The notes under the pieces are model-generated. The model was not told the origin of the DNA. It did not search any database and saw only the letters and a program-made list of their open reading frames with translations. The translations under genes were made by a program, and so were the position numbers. A DNA stretch of 54,561 nt from an uncultured archaeon (lineage in GTDB: Archaea > Altiarchaeota > Altiarchaeia > IMC4 > CAZEGI01), in assembly GCA_964512105.1 (NCBI GenBank), contig CAZEGI010000004.1, positions 5,692-60,252 on the forward strand, given 5' to 3'. Positions 44,046 through 53,090 of the stretch are shown here, piece after piece (the stretch's first letter is position 1; each line of letters starts with the position of its first letter).

Positions 44046-44837
44046 TTAGGCATCGCACCACCCCTCCGCAACTACGTCGTGCCTGTGTATCGACTCCTGC
44101 GAAACCACCTTCGCCCGTATCCGGCAGTTCCTGAACTTCCTTTTCGCGTTGCTTATGATTTCCCTGCACACGTCCTCGACGAACTTCGGTTTTTTGTATA
44201 TTTCCCGGACCACCGCGGATTCGTCCTCTGTCTTCAGTATTGTATATACTTTAGACGAAAACGAACTTTCAACGCATTTTATCATGTCCTCGAGTTCAGC
44301 CGGATTTTCGTATGCGGTTTCGAGCTCGAGAGTTCCAACCGCGCGCTGGATGTGCGGTTTGCCCACGTGTTCCATTGAGTGCGGGCATGCCGTATTCCCC
44401 ACAACATCCACCCTGAGAATTTTCGTAAACCTGCCGTTGTTCTTCACCAGCTTGACAAAAATGTCGTGGCACTCCATGGTTTTTTTCCGCGTCGCTGGTG
44501 TTTTCCGCTCAACCACAAGCTCCGTCCTCATCGAGATTTCGGCCTTTTTGTGGGAGTGCTTCTGCTCCAGTTTTTTCAGGATTTTTCTCTCAAGCTCCTC
44601 GAACGAGGAGTATTTCTTTCCGGTTTCCGCCTCTATGACCTCGGTTATGGATTCAACCAACCGGCTCATGTGCGCCCCTTTCCTGCCCCTGTCCAGGTCG
44701 ATGGTCAGCTCAATGGTCGGGACAAACCTGTACTCGTGCCCCTTCCACCTTGTAACCACAAGCGTCCGCAGGTTGGTGATGCCAACACGCTCAAGGTTCT
44801 CTGCAACATCCGGTTTTCTATCCTGCAAGTCCCTCAT
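44046..44837 (-). CDS. folE2: GTP cyclohydrolase of the FolE2/MptA family
   Basis: ERVGITNLR...RGAHMSRLVE... pattern of GCYH-IB/MptA. Translationally coupled to queE (4-nt overlap), which argues for a role in preQ0 synthesis. Confidence 0.8.
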   Translation of the reverse strand: MRDLQDRKPDVAENLERVGITNLRTLVVTRWKGHEYRFVPTIELTIDLDRGRKGAHMSRLVESITEVIEAETGKKYSSFEELERKILKKLEQKHSHKKAEISMRTELVVERKTPATRKKTMECHDIFVKLVKNNGRFTKILRVDVVGNTACPHSMEHVGKPHIQRAVGTLELETAYENPAELEDMIKCVESSFSSKVYTILKTEDESAVVREIYKKPKFVEDVCREIISNAKRKFRNCRIRAKVVSQESIHRHDVVAEGWCDA

Positions 44838-45448
44838 TTCAGCCCCGCCAGTTTGTGCAGTTGAGGCAGAATCCGCACTCTCAGTTTATCTGCCATAATC
44901 TTTTCCGAAAGCCACTTCAGGTTGGTTCCTCCAAGCGGCTGAAATATCACGTCCACGTCCGGCTTTATCTTCGGCAGAAGTTTTTTCGCAAAGTGGTAAT
45001 CGTTCTCTCCCGCAATTATGACTTTCACCTGGTCCTTCTTTTTCAGTTTTTTTAGCAAATTCGAATCGCTCTCCTCTCCAGAACTTGGGGGCTTTACATC
45101 AAAGGAAACGCAATCCACCGTGTCGAAGATTTCCTTGTCGTATAATGTTCCGTTAGTTTCCATGACGATTTCGTATTTTTCTTTTTTCAGTTTTTTTACC
45201 AGATGTTTCAGCTCCGCTCTTTGCATCATGGGCTCGCCGCCCGTAATGCATACGCTTTTCAACCCGGATTTTTTTAATTTTTTTAATATTTCACTTACAT
45301 CCATCTCAGTGCCCTCGCCCTCCCTCGCGTATCGGGTGTCGCACCAGCTGCATTCCAAGTTGCATCCCTGTAAGCGCACAAAAACCTGCGGCTTTCCGAT
45401 GTATTTTCCCTCGCCCTGAATGCTCACAAAAATCTCGTTCACCTTCAT
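44834..45448 (-). CDS. queE: 7-carboxy-7-deazaguanine synthase QueE (radical SAM)
   Basis: EIFVSIQGEGKYIGKPQVFVRLQGCNLECSWCDT. Confidence 0.92.
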   Translation of the reverse strand: MKVNEIFVSIQGEGKYIGKPQVFVRLQGCNLECSWCDTRYAREGEGTEMDVSEILKKLKKSGLKSVCITGGEPMMQRAELKHLVKKLKKEKYEIVMETNGTLYDKEIFDTVDCVSFDVKPPSSGEESDSNLLKKLKKKDQVKVIIAGENDYHFAKKLLPKIKPDVDVIFQPLGGTNLKWLSEKIMADKLRVRILPQLHKLAGLK

Positions 45449-46116
45449 TTTTTTACCCCCAGCGGGTCCTTAAGCCCCGCCTCCTTGAAACCTTTTGCTC
45501 GCAAAACGCACGAATCGCACCTTCCGCATGGTTTTTTTTCGCCGCGGTAGCAGCTCCATGTGAATTCAAAGGGGACTTTCAACTCCTTGCCCCTCTCTAC
45601 AATCTCTTTTTTTGAAAAATTTATCACCGGGGTTTCTATCCGGATTTTTTTGCCTTCGACCGCGCGCTTTGTCGCGAAATTCGCAAGTTTCCGGAACGCG
45701 TCAAAATACTCCGGCCTGCAGTCCGGGTATCCTGAGTAATCGACCGCGTTCGCACCTATAAAAATCGCATCAGCTTTTTTCACTTCTGCATAAGCAAGAG
45801 CATAACTCAGCAAAATCGTATTCCGCGCAGGAACGTAAGTTGGGGGAATTCCCCCACCTCCCGCTTTCGGAACTTTTATGTCCGCGGTCAATGCGCTCCC
45901 TCCGAATTCTCGTAAATTTATTTTCATTATTTTATGCTCCTTCACATTCAACCACTTTGCGATTTTTCTTGCACACCCAATTTCTTTTGAATGCCTTTGC
46001 TCGTAATCAAAAGTGAGCGCATAAATCTCGCATCCTTTTTCTTTTGCAATCGCTGCCGTGACCGCTGAATCCATACCTCCTGAAATCAGGCAGACCGCTC
46101 TTCCACTTCCACCCAT
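45445..46116 (-). CDS. queC: 7-cyano-7-deazaguanine synthase QueC
   Basis: AVCLISGGMDSAV PP-loop and C-terminal CGRCDSC zinc motif. Start set to ATG 46116 (the track gives 46185). Either start overlaps the queD 3' end. Confidence 0.9.
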   Translation of the reverse strand: MGGSGRAVCLISGGMDSAVTAAIAKEKGCEIYALTFDYEQRHSKEIGCARKIAKWLNVKEHKIMKINLREFGGSALTADIKVPKAGGGGIPPTYVPARNTILLSYALAYAEVKKADAIFIGANAVDYSGYPDCRPEYFDAFRKLANFATKRAVEGKKIRIETPVINFSKKEIVERGKELKVPFEFTWSCYRGEKKPCGRCDSCVLRAKGFKEAGLKDPLGVKK

Positions 46117-46433
46117 TTTCCCCGCCCTTCCCAGAGTTTCACCGAACTTACGTTCACTCTTCCTTTCAGTTCGTTGAAAATCCACTGCGCAATGTTTTCC
46201 GCCGTCGGATTTTTGAAAATTTTGTTTAAATCCTTATGGTCGAGTTTTTCAATGATATTCTCACTCACAATCCTTTTTATTTTTTCAAAATCGAGAACCA
46301 TGCCATTTTTTCCTGCTCTGCCTTTCACAACGACCTCAAGTTTGTACGTGTGCCCATGCACGTCCTCGCACTTGCCCTTGTAATCCGGCAGGTGGTGCGC
46401 GGCATCGAAGTAAAATTCCCTACATATCTTCAT
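46086..46433 (-). CDS. queD: 6-carboxytetrahydropterin synthase QueD
   Basis: FYFDAAHHLPDYKGKCEDVHGHTYKLEV. Confidence 0.92.
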   Translation of the reverse strand: MKICREFYFDAAHHLPDYKGKCEDVHGHTYKLEVVVKGRAGKNGMVLDFEKIKRIVSENIIEKLDHKDLNKIFKNPTAENIAQWIFNELKGRVNVSSVKLWEGRGKWVEVEERSA

Positions 46434-46603
46434 TTTTCCTTGACCCTCCCGTGTCTTTTGTCGATTTCGTCAAGCTGGTCCAGAAGCTTCCTGCACGCCG
46501 TCCGGACTGCATCCGAAAGGTTCACGAACTTCTTGTTGTCCCCGATGTGCACCCGCAAATCATCGAGGATTTCCTGCGGAACTTCAACACTTATGCGAGG
46601 CAT
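46430..46603 (-). CDS. ribbon-helix-helix (CopG-like) DNA-binding protein, first gene of the que operon
   Basis: MPRISVEVPQEILDDLRVHIG...NLSDAVRTACRKLL is an RHH pattern. ATGA overlap with queD. ATG 46603 preferred over GTG 46612. Confidence 0.7.
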   Translation of the reverse strand: MPRISVEVPQEILDDLRVHIGDNKKFVNLSDAVRTACRKLLDQLDEIDKRHGRVKEK

Positions 46604-46638
46604 TACAAACACCCATCGTTTTCATTTGTTTGTAAGTT

Positions 46639-46661
46639 ATACTTCACCGTAGGTGAAGTAT
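46639..46661. promoter_or_regulatory. perfect 10-bp/3-nt-loop palindrome in the que operon leader (candidate RHH operator)
   Basis: ATACTTCACC gta GGTGAAGTAT, 36 nt upstream of the RHH ATG. A second stem, ACAAACA(46606-46612)/TGTTTGT(46627-46633), abuts the start codon. Confidence 0.45.
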
Positions 46662-46733
46662 CTATTTTTATGATGAGGATATTATTGTGGTAATATTCAG
46701 ATATTATATAAGTGTAAAGAGTATAAAAATGGG

Positions 46734-46789
46734 TTTTGTTAACAAATCGGCTGTTAACCAGCGGTTGTTAACCGACGGTTGATATCTAC
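46734..46789. repeat. four tandem 14-nt units carrying GTTAAC/GATATC palindromes
   Basis: ttttGTTAACaaat | cggctGTTAACcag | cggttGTTAACcga | cggttGATATCtac, with units starting at 46734, 46748, 46762 and 46776. Confidence 0.8.
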
Positions 46790-46862
46790 ATTTTTATGCA
46801 AAAAAATTCACTATAAATAACACACAAACGAGACAAGATAAAGATTAAAGGAGGTGATAAAT

Positions 46863-46898
46863 ATGGCAAAAAAGAAACGATGCGGATGCCCTAGATAA
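46863..46898 (+). CDS. 11-codon mini-ORF (MAKKKRCGCPR) with a near-perfect Shine-Dalgarno sequence
   Basis: AAAGGAGGTGAT at 46848-46859, 3 nt before the ATG. TATAAATA at 46812-46819 lies ~45 nt upstream. An 8-bp stem-loop at 46912-46943 lies downstream. Coding status unproven. Confidence 0.3.
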   Translation: MAKKKRCGCPR

Positions 46899-46954
46899 AC
46901 AATAGGGGCAAGGTCAAGGCGACACACACAAACAACCTTGACCAGATGTAGTGC

Positions 46955-47677
46955 CTAAATTGTCAGTAATTTATCCAATCTTCCAAAATCCATAACCTCG
47001 TTTTTTTCCACAACAAAAACCCGGAAGTCGCCCAGGTCCTGCTGCATGAACGGCGAAAGCAGCTTTTGCTGGAGAACGTCAACGCCCTCCGTGATGAAAT
47101 TCAGGGAGGGAATTGCGATTAGTTTTTTGTTCCTGAATTTTCCGAGAAGGAAGCATTTTACTTTTTCGGTTCTGGTTTCATCTCTCAAACCAAGAGCAAC
47201 ATGGTCATGGGCAATTATGATGATTTTTGATTCCTTGAATTTTTTGTCATCGGGAATTTCGTTTCCGTGGGTTATGTATATGCTGCCGACAGCGTAGTTA
47301 GGCACTACATCCACGTTCTTTTTGTCAGCAATCGGCCCGAGAATGTTGTCGTGATTTCCTTTCACGAGTTTTATCTCGTAGTCCTTCAGAAAATCCAGAA
47401 AATTCAGGACCTCATTCCATTCCTGCCTCGAGATGCTTCCGAATTCGTGTTTTAAATCACCGTTTATCACGATTGTTTCGGGCCTGGTTTTTTTCAGGAT
47501 TTTTTCGAGATGTTGGATTATGTCGCTGTACTGGAACCTCGGGACAAGGATGCCCTGCTTGTTCAGGTATTCCTCAAAGCCGAGATGCAAATCCGCGAAC
47601 ACAAGGGTTTTGGATTTTTTCAGGTTTAGGGTTAAACCCGCAATTTCGATGCCCGGTAGAATCTCCAAAGATTTCAT
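46955..47677 (-). CDS. metallophosphoesterase (MPE/PdeM-like partner of Lhr-type helicases)
   Basis: [17 protein letters not shown] and GNHDN calcineurin-like phosphoesterase motifs. 4-nt overlap with the upstream helicase gene. Confidence 0.85.
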   Translation of the reverse strand: MKSLEILPGIEIAGLTLNLKKSKTLVFADLHLGFEEYLNKQGILVPRFQYSDIIQHLEKILKKTRPETIVINGDLKHEFGSISRQEWNEVLNFLDFLKDYEIKLVKGNHDNILGPIADKKNVDVVPNYAVGSIYITHGNEIPDDKKFKESKIIIIAHDHVALGLRDETRTEKVKCFLLGKFRNKKLIAIPSLNFITEGVDVLQQKLLSPFMQQDLGDFRVFVVEKNEVMDFGRLDKLLTI

Positions 47678-50253
47678 CGTTTATTTATTTTTCCTATCTT
47701 GTACAAAACCGCCTCGTGCATTCTTCTGATGAATTCCATCCTGTCCTCCATGCGCATCACGTCCATGTAGCCCTGCGCTATAAGACCAAGCGCAAAGGGC
47801 GAGGGAATTTCCGTTGTGATGATTTCGATTTTTATGCTGCCTTTTTCTATGCCTTCTATGACCTTCTCCGCATGTTTGATGTCCATAAGGTCCTCCAAAA
47901 CCTCGCGCCTTGCCTCTCTTAAAATCGAGAAATCCTCCGAGACACGCTTTACGAAACTCAAAAGAATTTTTGAGCCGAGCTGCTGCCTGCCGACGGATTT
48001 CTGGCGGCCCTTGTAACTCCGCAGTATCATCAGGGAGCGCGTGGCACAGTGCCTGAACCTGCGTGCAAGGACTTCGGTCCTGTCAATGGCTTTCACCAGC
48101 ATTTCGCGCAGATTTTTTGACGTGATTGTTTCAAGAGCCTGCTGAAGCTGAACCTTGCCTGAAACCCCGAGGTAGAAACCATTGTCTGTGAGGCTTATGA
48201 CAACGTTCTTTCTTTCGCGTTTTGAAATCGCATATGCCAGCGCCCGCGACAATGCGTCGTTCGTGCGCCTGCCAAACAGGGTATGGAAAACGATGAAGCG
48301 TTTTCCGAATGCAGTGTAATTCTCGATTATTACTTTTTTGTCGCTCGGTATTTTCGCATATTGGTACTGCTCTCTGAAGTATTCGTAAATGCTGTTGACT
48401 GCGTTTTCGTCCACATATAGGTAACCGCGCAGAAACTCCAGCACCTCTTTCTTCGGCTTGCTCATGCGCTCTTCCATCAGCCTTCTGAAGCGCTGGATGT
48501 CCATCGCAAGCCCGAAGCTCAAAGGAAGCTGTTCAGAAAACCATGCAGGAACCGTCGGCGGTCCGTCGGACGGTGAAACCTGGGCGACCATTCCGCGTGC
48601 GAAATTGAAGCGGTAGATCTTTCCGCCAAGAACGAACATGTCTCCTTTTTTCAGGCGTTCCAGAAAGGCCTCGTCGATTTTTCCTATTGTAACGTTTCCG
48701 ACTTTTACCGTGATGTAAGACTCCTCCGGAATCGTTCCGATGTTCATCGAATAAATCGGACGTGCCATCTTGCTGCGCTTGCCTACCATGCCGGTTTTTT
48801 CGTCATGCCAGATTTTTGCATACACGTGGCGTTGCTCAAGCTCGATATACTTTCCGGAAAGGTAATCAATGACGTCCATGAAGTCGTTTCTGTTCAGGCC
48901 TCTGTAACAGTAACTCCTCTTCACCAGCGAGTAAATGTTCTCTATGTGCTGCCTGTCCGAAATCGCGATTCCATATATCTGCTGAGCAAGAACATCGAGG
49001 CAATTTTCAGGAATATCGATCTCGTCAATTTTTCCTTCAATCGCATCCTTCAGCAGAATCGCACATTCTACGAGGTCGTCACGGTCCAACACGATAATTC
49101 TGCCCTTTGCCATGTCGTGCAGTTTGTGACCTGAACGACCGATGCGCTGCAGTGCACGGGCAACGGATTTCGGAGAACCAAGCAGGATGACAAGGTCTAT
49201 GTAACCGATGTCAATACCGAGTTCCAAACTTGTGGAGGAAACAACGACCTTGAGCTCGCCTTTTTTCAATCTGTCCTCAATGTTCAGGCGATGCTCCGCG
49301 GAAAGCGAGGAATGATGCGCACCAATATTCTCTTTATAATTCTTAGGGAATTTTTCCTTCAGATTATGAACTACACGTTCGGTAGCGCTGCGTGTGTTCG
49401 TGAAAATAAGGGTTGTTTTGTGTTTTTGTATCAGGTCATTCAGAAGGTTATACAACGCATCCTGAAGCTCGTGCTGAGTAACATTGACAAGATTCTGGAC
49501 AGGACACAGCACTTTTAAATCCAATTTCTTGATGAACTGGACATCAACTATTTTGCAGTCCCTGACTTTTCCGTTTTCATAACCAACGAGAAACTCCGCG
49601 ACACGCTCCAATGGTGAAATCGTGGCTGACAAACCAATTCTTGTAAATCTTCCTGCAAGGTTTTGTAATCTTTCGATCGATAGAGAAAGATGGACTCCGC
49701 GTTTGTTCTCAGCCAACGCGTGAATCTCGTCAATGATGACCCACTTCACGTCCGCCATTTTTTCCCTGAATCTCGGGGCGCATAGCAGTATGCCGAGCGT
49801 TTCAGGAGTGGTTATGAGTATGTGCGGCGGGTGTGTCAGCATTTTTGACTTTTCGCTTGCAGGCGTGTCGCCAGTCCTGACCATCACCTTTATGCCAAGT
49901 TCGCACCCTGCGAGTTTCTCGAGTTCCTCGAGCGGCTCCTGTAGGTTCTTGCGTATGTCGTTGTTCAGCGCCTTCAGCGGGGAAACGTAAACGCAGTAGA
50001 CCTTTTCCTCGAGTTTTTTCTGCTCCGAAAGTTTTATCAGTTCGTTCAGGATTGAAAGGAACGCTGTCAGGGTTTTGCCGCTTCCCGTGGGCGCGGACAC
50101 GAGCGTGTTCTGCCCCCCGTGAATGTTCAGGATTGCATACTTCTGCGGAACTGCAAACTCCCTAAACTTGGAGCTGAACCAGTTCCTGACAAGCGGCGTC
50201 AGCTGTTCGTAAATTTCCGAATCGGGATAAGGTTGTTCTTGAAGTTGGATCAT
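47674..50253 (-). CDS. lhr: Lhr-like ATP-dependent DEXH-box helicase
   Basis: [12 protein letters not shown] and SAT motifs plus a long C-terminal Lhr/DEAD-associated region. Start set to ATG 50253 (M15 of the track ORF), downstream of the glyA stop. Confidence 0.9.
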   Translation of the reverse strand: MIQLQEQPYPDSEIYEQLTPLVRNWFSSKFREFAVPQKYAILNIHGGQNTLVSAPTGSGKTLTAFLSILNELIKLSEQKKLEEKVYCVYVSPLKALNNDIRKNLQEPLEELEKLAGCELGIKVMVRTGDTPASEKSKMLTHPPHILITTPETLGILLCAPRFREKMADVKWVIIDEIHALAENKRGVHLSLSIERLQNLAGRFTRIGLSATISPLERVAEFLVGYENGKVRDCKIVDVQFIKKLDLKVLCPVQNLVNVTQHELQDALYNLLNDLIQKHKTTLIFTNTRSATERVVHNLKEKFPKNYKENIGAHHSSLSAEHRLNIEDRLKKGELKVVVSSTSLELGIDIGYIDLVILLGSPKSVARALQRIGRSGHKLHDMAKGRIIVLDRDDLVECAILLKDAIEGKIDEIDIPENCLDVLAQQIYGIAISDRQHIENIYSLVKRSYCYRGLNRNDFMDVIDYLSGKYIELEQRHVYAKIWHDEKTGMVGKRSKMARPIYSMNIGTIPEESYITVKVGNVTIGKIDEAFLERLKKGDMFVLGGKIYRFNFARGMVAQVSPSDGPPTVPAWFSEQLPLSFGLAMDIQRFRRLMEERMSKPKKEVLEFLRGYLYVDENAVNSIYEYFREQYQYAKIPSDKKVIIENYTAFGKRFIVFHTLFGRRTNDALSRALAYAISKRERKNVVISLTDNGFYLGVSGKVQLQQALETITSKNLREMLVKAIDRTEVLARRFRHCATRSLMILRSYKGRQKSVGRQQLGSKILLSFVKRVSEDFSILREARREVLEDLMDIKHAEKVIEGIEKGSIKIEIITTEIPSPFALGLIAQGYMDVMRMEDRMEFIRRMHEAVLYKIGKINKR

Positions 50254-50291
50254 CTGTAGTAAAGTGTAGTTCAGACTTAAAAATATACCGC

Positions 50292-51554
50292 TCAAAAACA
50301 GAACTTCACGTCCATAAAGTTCTTCTTTAGCTCAACAACAGATTCGCGGACTTTTTTCGGGTCTTTGCCATCAATTGCCACCTGCTTCATGAATTTCGCA
50401 ACCTCCTTCATCTCCGATTCCTTCATTCCAACATGCGTCAGCTCCTGAACGCCTATGCGTATTCCTGATGGCTTTTCCGGATGGTCGACGTCGTCCCAGG
50501 GCATGAGGTTTTTGTTTATGATTATGTTGGCTTCCTCGAATGCCTCAGCCACTTTCTTGCCGCCGCCAATTTTTGAAACGTCAACCACGACTTGGTGCGA
50601 CTCTGTGAAACCTTTGTGCTCGCATAGAACGTTGAATCCGTATTCATGAAGCGCCTGGGCAAGAGCTTTGGAATTTTTAACTATTTGCTCCGCATATTGC
50701 CTGCCGAATTTTTTCATCTCAGCCAACGCAACTGCAAAGGCGACAACATGGTGCAGGTGATGATTGCTCGTCAGTCCCGGAAACGCTGCATCATCAATCT
50801 TTTTGGCGAACTTTTCTTTACACATGACGACGCCGCCCTGCGGTCCGGGCATGGTTTTGTGCGTGGAGGATGTAAGAACATCCGCACCCTCCTCAAGCGG
50901 CTTCTGGAACTTTCCGCCAGCAATAAGGCCAAGAACATGGGCGGCGTCATAAACGATTGCCGCACCAATTTCATCTGCGGTTTCGCGCAGTTCTTTCACA
51001 GGGTGAGGAAACAGCATTATGCTCCCGCCAAGCATCATTATTTTTGGCTTTTCCTTGAGAAGCATTTTTCTCGATGCGTCAACATCGATGTTCATCTCAT
51101 GCTCGTCGAATACGTAATCAATTTCCTTCAAGCCGATAATTCCTGCAGCAGACACCTGTGTATGGGAGATGTGCCCACCCGCAGGAATGCTCAGGGTTGA
51201 GATTTTATCGCCGTATTTCGCGAGTGCATAAAACGCAGTAAGGTTCGCAACCACTCCGGAGATGGGAACGACATTCGCATGCTCCGCATTGAAAATCTCC
51301 TCGCACAGTTTTATGGCTATTGCTTCAGCCCTGTCGATGTACTTCGTTCCCTGGTAGAAACGCTCGAACTGCTGGAAACCCTTTGCATCCTTGCCTTTCA
51401 GAAGGCCTTCAGCATAGCGGTACTCGAAATCCGATGAAAACGCCTTGGCGACTGCCGGCGAGGTGATGTTCTCGCTGGCAATCATGTTCAGGCAGTTTGA
51501 GCGCCATTTCTCTTGCTCGTCAATGAGTTTCAGAAGTTCGGTGTAAAAATCCAT
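50292..51554 (-). CDS. glyA: serine hydroxymethyltransferase
   Basis: [14 protein letters not shown] and [14 protein letters not shown] (PLP Lys). Confidence 0.95.
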   Translation of the reverse strand: MDFYTELLKLIDEQEKWRSNCLNMIASENITSPAVAKAFSSDFEYRYAEGLLKGKDAKGFQQFERFYQGTKYIDRAEAIAIKLCEEIFNAEHANVVPISGVVANLTAFYALAKYGDKISTLSIPAGGHISHTQVSAAGIIGLKEIDYVFDEHEMNIDVDASRKMLLKEKPKIMMLGGSIMLFPHPVKELRETADEIGAAIVYDAAHVLGLIAGGKFQKPLEEGADVLTSSTHKTMPGPQGGVVMCKEKFAKKIDDAAFPGLTSNHHLHHVVAFAVALAEMKKFGRQYAEQIVKNSKALAQALHEYGFNVLCEHKGFTESHQVVVDVSKIGGGKKVAEAFEEANIIINKNLMPWDDVDHPEKPSGIRIGVQELTHVGMKESEMKEVAKFMKQVAIDGKDPKKVRESVVELKKNFMDVKFCF

Positions 51555-51606
51555 CTTGGAGATAAGTAATCAGAATTGATGTTAAAAAGTATAAAATCCA
51601 AAGCAA

Positions 51607-52557
51607 TCAGGTCAATGTTGACAGATGCTTTATCCTCTTGAGCATGTTCGGGTGGGTAGTGAAAATTTCCATGAGCTTGTCCGTTGAACTGAGCTTAACT
51701 TCTTTGTTTTTCATGTCCATCAGCTCGTTCAGGTCTATGGTGCCGCTGAGGTTTGCGTCTATCACCTGCAGTTCCTGGATCTCGTTCATCGCCCTTGCCG
51801 GGTCGTTCAGAAAAAAAGCCCTCGCGCCCTGAACCTTCTGCAATTCACTCTGCGGGGTTTTTGCGCTTCCGTAAACGATTTTGTACAGCGCAGATGCGAG
51901 ATAGTGTGGCTGGTTCCCGAGTTTTACGCTTCCTAAATCAGCATAATATTCGCGTATTCTGGAGCCATAAAGCACGAGAAGGTTTGTGATAAAATACAAC
52001 AGAAACGCCGCGATTCCCAAGAATGCCGCATTGCCCCTGCCCTCCCTGTCCCTGCCGCCGTACATGAAGCTCATCGCGATGTACCAGCATATCATCGGCA
52101 CGATGCTCAGAAGCGTTATCACCATGACGTCGCGGTTCTTGACGTGCGAAAGCTCATGCCCGATAACGGCTTTCAGCTCGTCTTCGCTCAGCAGGTTCAT
52201 GATGTTTCGCGTCACGCATACGCGGGCGTCGCCGCCCCATCTTCCGAATGCAAACGCATTTGGGATGTTCATGCTCGAAATCGCAACGCGCGGTTTTTTG
52301 ATTCCCGCCTTTCTTGAAAGTTCCTCAACAATCTTATGCAATTCGGGCTCTTCCTGTGGCGTAACATATTTGACGCGCATCGTCCACTCGACAAGTTTTG
52401 GGCCAATCATGAACTGGACGAACAGCATCACAAAACCGAGGATGAGATAGGAAAAGAAACTTCCGACACCCATGTAGCTACCCACGGCTACCAAGAGCGC
52501 GTAGAGTATCGCGAACATCACGCCAAGCAGCAGATACATTCTAACCTGCAACCACAT
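51607..52557 (-). CDS. htpX: HtpX-like M48 zinc metalloprotease
   Basis: HELSHVKNRD zinc motif and four TM segments. Confidence 0.9.
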   Translation of the reverse strand: MWLQVRMYLLLGVMFAILYALLVAVGSYMGVGSFFSYLILGFVMLFVQFMIGPKLVEWTMRVKYVTPQEEPELHKIVEELSRKAGIKKPRVAISSMNIPNAFAFGRWGGDARVCVTRNIMNLLSEDELKAVIGHELSHVKNRDVMVITLLSIVPMICWYIAMSFMYGGRDREGRGNAAFLGIAAFLLYFITNLLVLYGSRIREYYADLGSVKLGNQPHYLASALYKIVYGSAKTPQSELQKVQGARAFFLNDPARAMNEIQELQVIDANLSGTIDLNELMDMKNKEVKLSSTDKLMEIFTTHPNMLKRIKHLSTLT

Positions 52558-52617
52558 TTTGGATCACAAATAATAGCAAAACACATTAATTTATGAACTT
52601 TTACATGTGTTTTGCTA

Positions 52618-52722
52618 GCTATAGCGGATGTCATAAATTATGACATCCGATATATCCGACGACATATGTCGTCGGCTATAGCAAATTGCAAAATATTTGA
52701 ACTATAACTGCAATTTGCTATA
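52618..52722. repeat. nest of perfect palindromes / multi-hairpin junction at the islet border
   Basis: - GCTATAGC at 52618-52625 and again at 52675-52682.
- GGATGTCATA aat TATGACATCC at 52626-52648.
- GATATATC at 52649-52656.
- CGACGACAT|ATGTCGTCG at 52657-52674.
- TATAGCAAATTGCA (52677-52690) pairs with TGCAATTTGCTATA (52709-52722). Confidence 0.85.
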
Positions 52723-52815
52723 AAATATTGTGAACGCCCTTAAATACTTTTCTTCCGCTCTCATGTACGGTTTTTTATATGCCACGCCAAAGTCCAAATC
52801 ATAGGAGGTGTTTAT

Positions 52816-52995
52816 ATGAAAGGACAAGTACCTGACTTCCGGGTTAACACGGTTGTAACAGACCATGAAACCGGGAAGGATCGGTGGACTAACGTAGGGG
52901 TGGCATTCCAAGGAGAGAATTCGATAACAGTGCTTCTGGATGCCGTGCCGGTAAACGGCAAACTGGTTCTGGTAAAACCAAGACCCAAGGAATAG
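52816..52995 (+). CDS. 59-aa hypothetical protein, missed by the 60-aa ORF cutoff
   Basis: My translation: MKGQVPDFRVNTVVTDHETGKDRWTNVGVAFQGENSITVLLDAVPVNGKLVLVKPRPKE*. GGAGGTG at 52804-52810 lies 5 nt before the ATG. TTTTTTATAT at 52771-52780. A stem-loop plus T-run follows the stop. Confidence 0.6.
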   Translation: MKGQVPDFRVNTVVTDHETGKDRWTNVGVAFQGENSITVLLDAVPVNGKLVLVKPRPKE

Positions 52996-53004
52996 GATGG
53001 GATG

Positions 53005-53047
53005 GCTGCGGAATAAAACCGCAGCTAAACCCTGTTTTTGCTTATTT
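53005..53047 (+). terminator. stem-loop plus T-rich tract after the 59-aa ORF
   Basis: GCTGCGG aataaaa CCGCAGC (53005-53025), followed by ctgtttttgcttattt. Confidence 0.5.
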
Positions 53048-53090
53048 GAGGTGGGAATTGTATTTATATAAGTTTATATAATTAGTAATC

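Noticed and set aside
46603-46670. Possible preQ1 riboswitch in the leader of the que operon (a hairpin followed by an A-rich tail AACUUACAAACAAAUGAAAAC).
   Set aside because: The stem is 10 bp with a 3-nt loop, which leaves no ligand pocket or loop for the H-type pseudoknot. None of the conserved preQ1-I/II nucleotides I remember are present. A protein operator is the more economical reading.
46665-46715. C/D-box sRNA candidate, because of ATGATGA at 46669-46675.
   Set aside because: There is no CUGA D box at the appropriate distance on that strand. On the other strand a CTGA exists without a C box.
46613-46954. Replication origin (an AT-rich spacer with iterated repeats).
   Set aside because: No orc1/cdc6 gene is adjacent. 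I see no ORB/mini-ORB-like motif (GTGGAAA-type) and no obvious long AT-only unwinding element. The repeats are better treated as regulator sites until tested.
52702-52911. 69-aa minus-strand ORF from the track.
   Set aside because: It overlaps the plus-strand 59-aa ORF, which has a strong SD, a TATA-like box and a terminator. The minus ORF starts inside that gene and runs into the palindrome nest with no signals.
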